From positions 186,001 to 250,000 of the forward strand of contig OZ237741.1 in the NCBI GenBank assembly GCA_965178125.1: DNA of 64,000 nt, given 5' to 3'. Every line of letters starts with the position of its first letter. The stretch's first letter is position 1. This DNA is from Bilabrum cf. latius (taxonomy: Eukaryota). The position numbers were made by a program, and so were the translations under genes. The notes under the pieces were generated by a model. The model ran no database searches. It was not told the origin of the DNA and worked only from the letters and a program-made list of their open reading frames with translations. Positions 61,658 to 64,000 of this stretch are shown here, one piece after another.

Positions 61658-64000
61658 AGCAGGAGCTGGCTCGGGTGCGGGTGCCTGGCCGGTGCCAGTC
61701 CCAGCGCCTGGTCCTGCCAGGGCCTGGTAGTACGCGTGCACGCTCGATTCCGCGGGGGCATGGCCAGGACCAGCGCCCTTGCCCTGGTCGGTCGAGCCGT
61801 GCTCGGGGCCGAGACCCAGGGCGGCTCGAAGCGCAGCAGCGGCCACTCCGCCAGTGGGCGCGGCAGAGGTGGCGGAGTGATCCGCATGGGCGCCGGGTTT
61901 CTATTCCCCTCTTCCCATGCCCTTGCTCTTGCCCTTGCTCTTGCCCTTTTCCCTGCGGGCCTCCTTAGGCTCTTTCTGCTGGTGATGCTGCCGCCCTCTA
62001 CCTCCACTTCCACCTCCGCCCCTCCCTCCGGCAGCACCACCGCGAGCTCCGCGGCGGCCCTGCCCACCAGCAGCGGGAGCCGCAGGTCGCGGCGTGGCTG
62101 CATCGCCTGCAGCCCCCAGCTCCACAGCGCCTTTGGCAGCGCCACCACCGGCCCCTGGGGCAGCTGCAGACGCGCCGCTCGCGGCAGAGTCACCGTCGAT
62201 GGCGAGCCCGCCAGAGGACTCGTCGGCTGCTTCCTTCAGGGCGGCCAGCTCCTCCTCCGCGGGCTCCTCGTCGGCCTCCAGGTCAATCACCGCAGGAAGG
62301 CAGAGCAGGACAGGCGCCTGGCCGCCGCCCGCAGTCGAAGCACCAGACTTGCCCTTGGCCCCGCCGGTCAGCGTGACCCTCGGCCCCCCCTCGCTCTCCG
62401 CGATGGTGGCACCCGACCGCACCGCGGCGGCAAACCCGCCCGTCGGCGCCGGAGCCTTGCCGTGCGGCTTCCTCCCGCCCTTGCCTCTGCCGGCCCTCCG
62501 GCCTGCCCCACCCCGGGCCTGGCCTCCTGCATCGTCAGCACCCGCCGCAGGCGGAACACCCCCGCTGTGAGTTACAGAGTCCCGGGCCGCCGTCAGGGGG
62601 AGCAGCGAGTGCCAGGGAACAAGAACTGGCTTGGGACCGGTCGCGCCGGGGATGGCCAGCCCGCCGGCCCCGGGAGACGCCGCCCCGCCGCTTTCCTCGG
62701 CCGAAGCCACGGCCTGCCCGTCGAACAGCACCTCCACGTACTTGCTCTCGGCGTGGACCGCGGTGACGATGCCTCGCTCGCCCAGCGGCCTGGCCCTGTA
62801 GGCCAGGTTGGTGACCCGGTCTCCGAGCTGGGGCCCGTCGGCCCACCACCGAGCCGCGCCCTGCGCCTTGCGGCGGCCGTCGGCCACACCATCACCACCG
62901 CCGATGTTCCCCACGGATCGCATCTCATCCCCCGCCTCGCGCCCGTACACGCCTTCCGGTGGCACGCCCTTGAGTACCATCCTGCCGGACACGGGCAGGG
63001 CACCGCCGGCGCCCGACTTGCCCTGGGCCCTGAGCTTCCCTCGCACGGATTCGGCGGCCGCCTGCGCCTTTGCCAGCATCAGGACGGCCTTGGGGGCCAG
63101 CACCTCGGACGATGCCCTGGCGAGGGGCATCTTGAAGGTGACCAGCTGCGTCAGCCAGTCCTGCGCCGCGACCATCACGCTGCCGCCGCCCATGTCCCTG
63201 ACGCCAAGCCGCCCGCGGCCCCCCGTGCGCTCGGCCAGGTCCCTGATCGAGGGGAAGGTGTTCGCGTATGCCTCCACAAGGTCGATAGCCCGCTGCGAGT
63301 ACTGCCAGCGGGTGCCTCCGTCTGGGCACTAAGAGCCGCCGTCAGACCAGTCCGGATGGAACGGCGTGCCGTTGTACATGACGGGACGGGCGTAGCCCGG
63401 AAGGAACAAGTAGTGGTTGATCTTGTGCTCCTCTTCTTCGTCGCCGCCGCGCGCCCCGTGTCCCTTGCCCCCGTGGTGCCCTCGGTGGTCCCTGCCCCCG
63501 TGGTGCCCTCGGTGGTCCCTGTCACCGCCGGTGAAGTCTTCTCTCTTGTACACCACTAGGTTCAGCCCGGCGTCGATCTTTGCATCTCCGATCCAGATGC
63601 TGCCCGACATGGCCATAAAGGCCTTCTCCGACAGACCAACCATCTTGGCTGCCACGCGCATGTCAAAGTACTGCTCGGCAAAGTGCTTCACCTGCTGCCT
63701 GCCAAACTCGGGCTCGGCGCCCGCAGCACCGACAAGGGCAACATCGAGGCCCTCCCTCGGCGCGGAAGGATCGGAAGCGGCGGGCCCGGTCTCCTGTACG
63801 GGCGAGTAGCCCACCACAACTCCGTGCGCACCTGCGAGCCTGTCCGGGGCCAGCTTGCTGAACCCCGCGCGCGCGAGCTTCTCGCTCTTGTGCCCCTCAG
63901 GACGGAGGGTCCCGCTGGTAACCTGCACGGGCCGCAACAGCACAACCCTGGACCCGACAGGCAGTCGCTGCTTGAGGGCCTTCCCCTCTGCCTCGGCAAA
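60917..64000 (-). CDS. XRN1: 5'-3' exoribonuclease XRN1, C-terminal part (5' end beyond the window)
   Basis: DAGLNL...LPGYAR...WQYSQRAIDLVEAYANTFP (D3-like) and LGDRV...PLGERGIVTAV...VEVLFD (SH3-like). TAG at 63329, 61901, 61157. RG-rich end, TGA 60917. Confidence 0.85.
63468..63521. repeat. Exact 2x27-bp tandem duplication encoding (RDHRGHHGG)2 in XRN1
   Basis: cccccgtggtgccctcggtggtccctg occurs twice. Confidence 0.9.

Noticed and set aside
1-64000. Mass pseudogenisation or sequencing error as the cause of internal stops
   Set aside because: All internal stops are TAG, there are no frameshifts, and catalytic motifs and splice sites are intact in essential genes.
1-64000. tRNA (including tRNA-CUA), rRNA, CRISPR array or viral/virophage insertion
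   Set aside because: None recognised by eye and no large low-GC island. tRNAscan-SE would be needed to exclude a tRNA.
1-64000. Naming the organism (composition is reminiscent of bicosoecid stramenopiles such as Cafeteria)
   Set aside because: This is only an impression from GC content and protein style. A phylogeny of FARSA, PRP3 or XRN1 is required.

Overview
GC-rich, gene-dense eukaryotic nuclear DNA with short GT-AG introns and about 24 protein genes, probably from a flagellated protist (WDR34 and CEP131 homologues are present). The main result is a non-standard nuclear genetic code. About 85 in-frame TAG codons (manual count) interrupt otherwise intact frames in 22 of 24 gene models, including KIN17, RecQ, PheRS-alpha, PRP3, RPC4, CHMP5, XRN1, WDR34 and CEP131. 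I found no TAA or TGA inside any exon. The 23 gene ends in the window are TGA (19) or TAA (4). Conserved positions (RecQ Q-motif, KIN17 zinc finger, CHMP5, a poly-Q run) point to UAG=Gln with UAA kept as stop, which is a rare uncoupling of UAA and UAG. The supplied standard-code ORF track therefore fragments almost every gene. Second, there is a cluster at 15.9-22.9 kb of two convergent LRR paralogues with near-identical inverted 3' ends, plus an ankyrin gene; all three share one unrecognised C-terminal module. Family assignments rest on recalled motifs, not database searches. In translations below, * marks an in-frame TAG unless stated otherwise.
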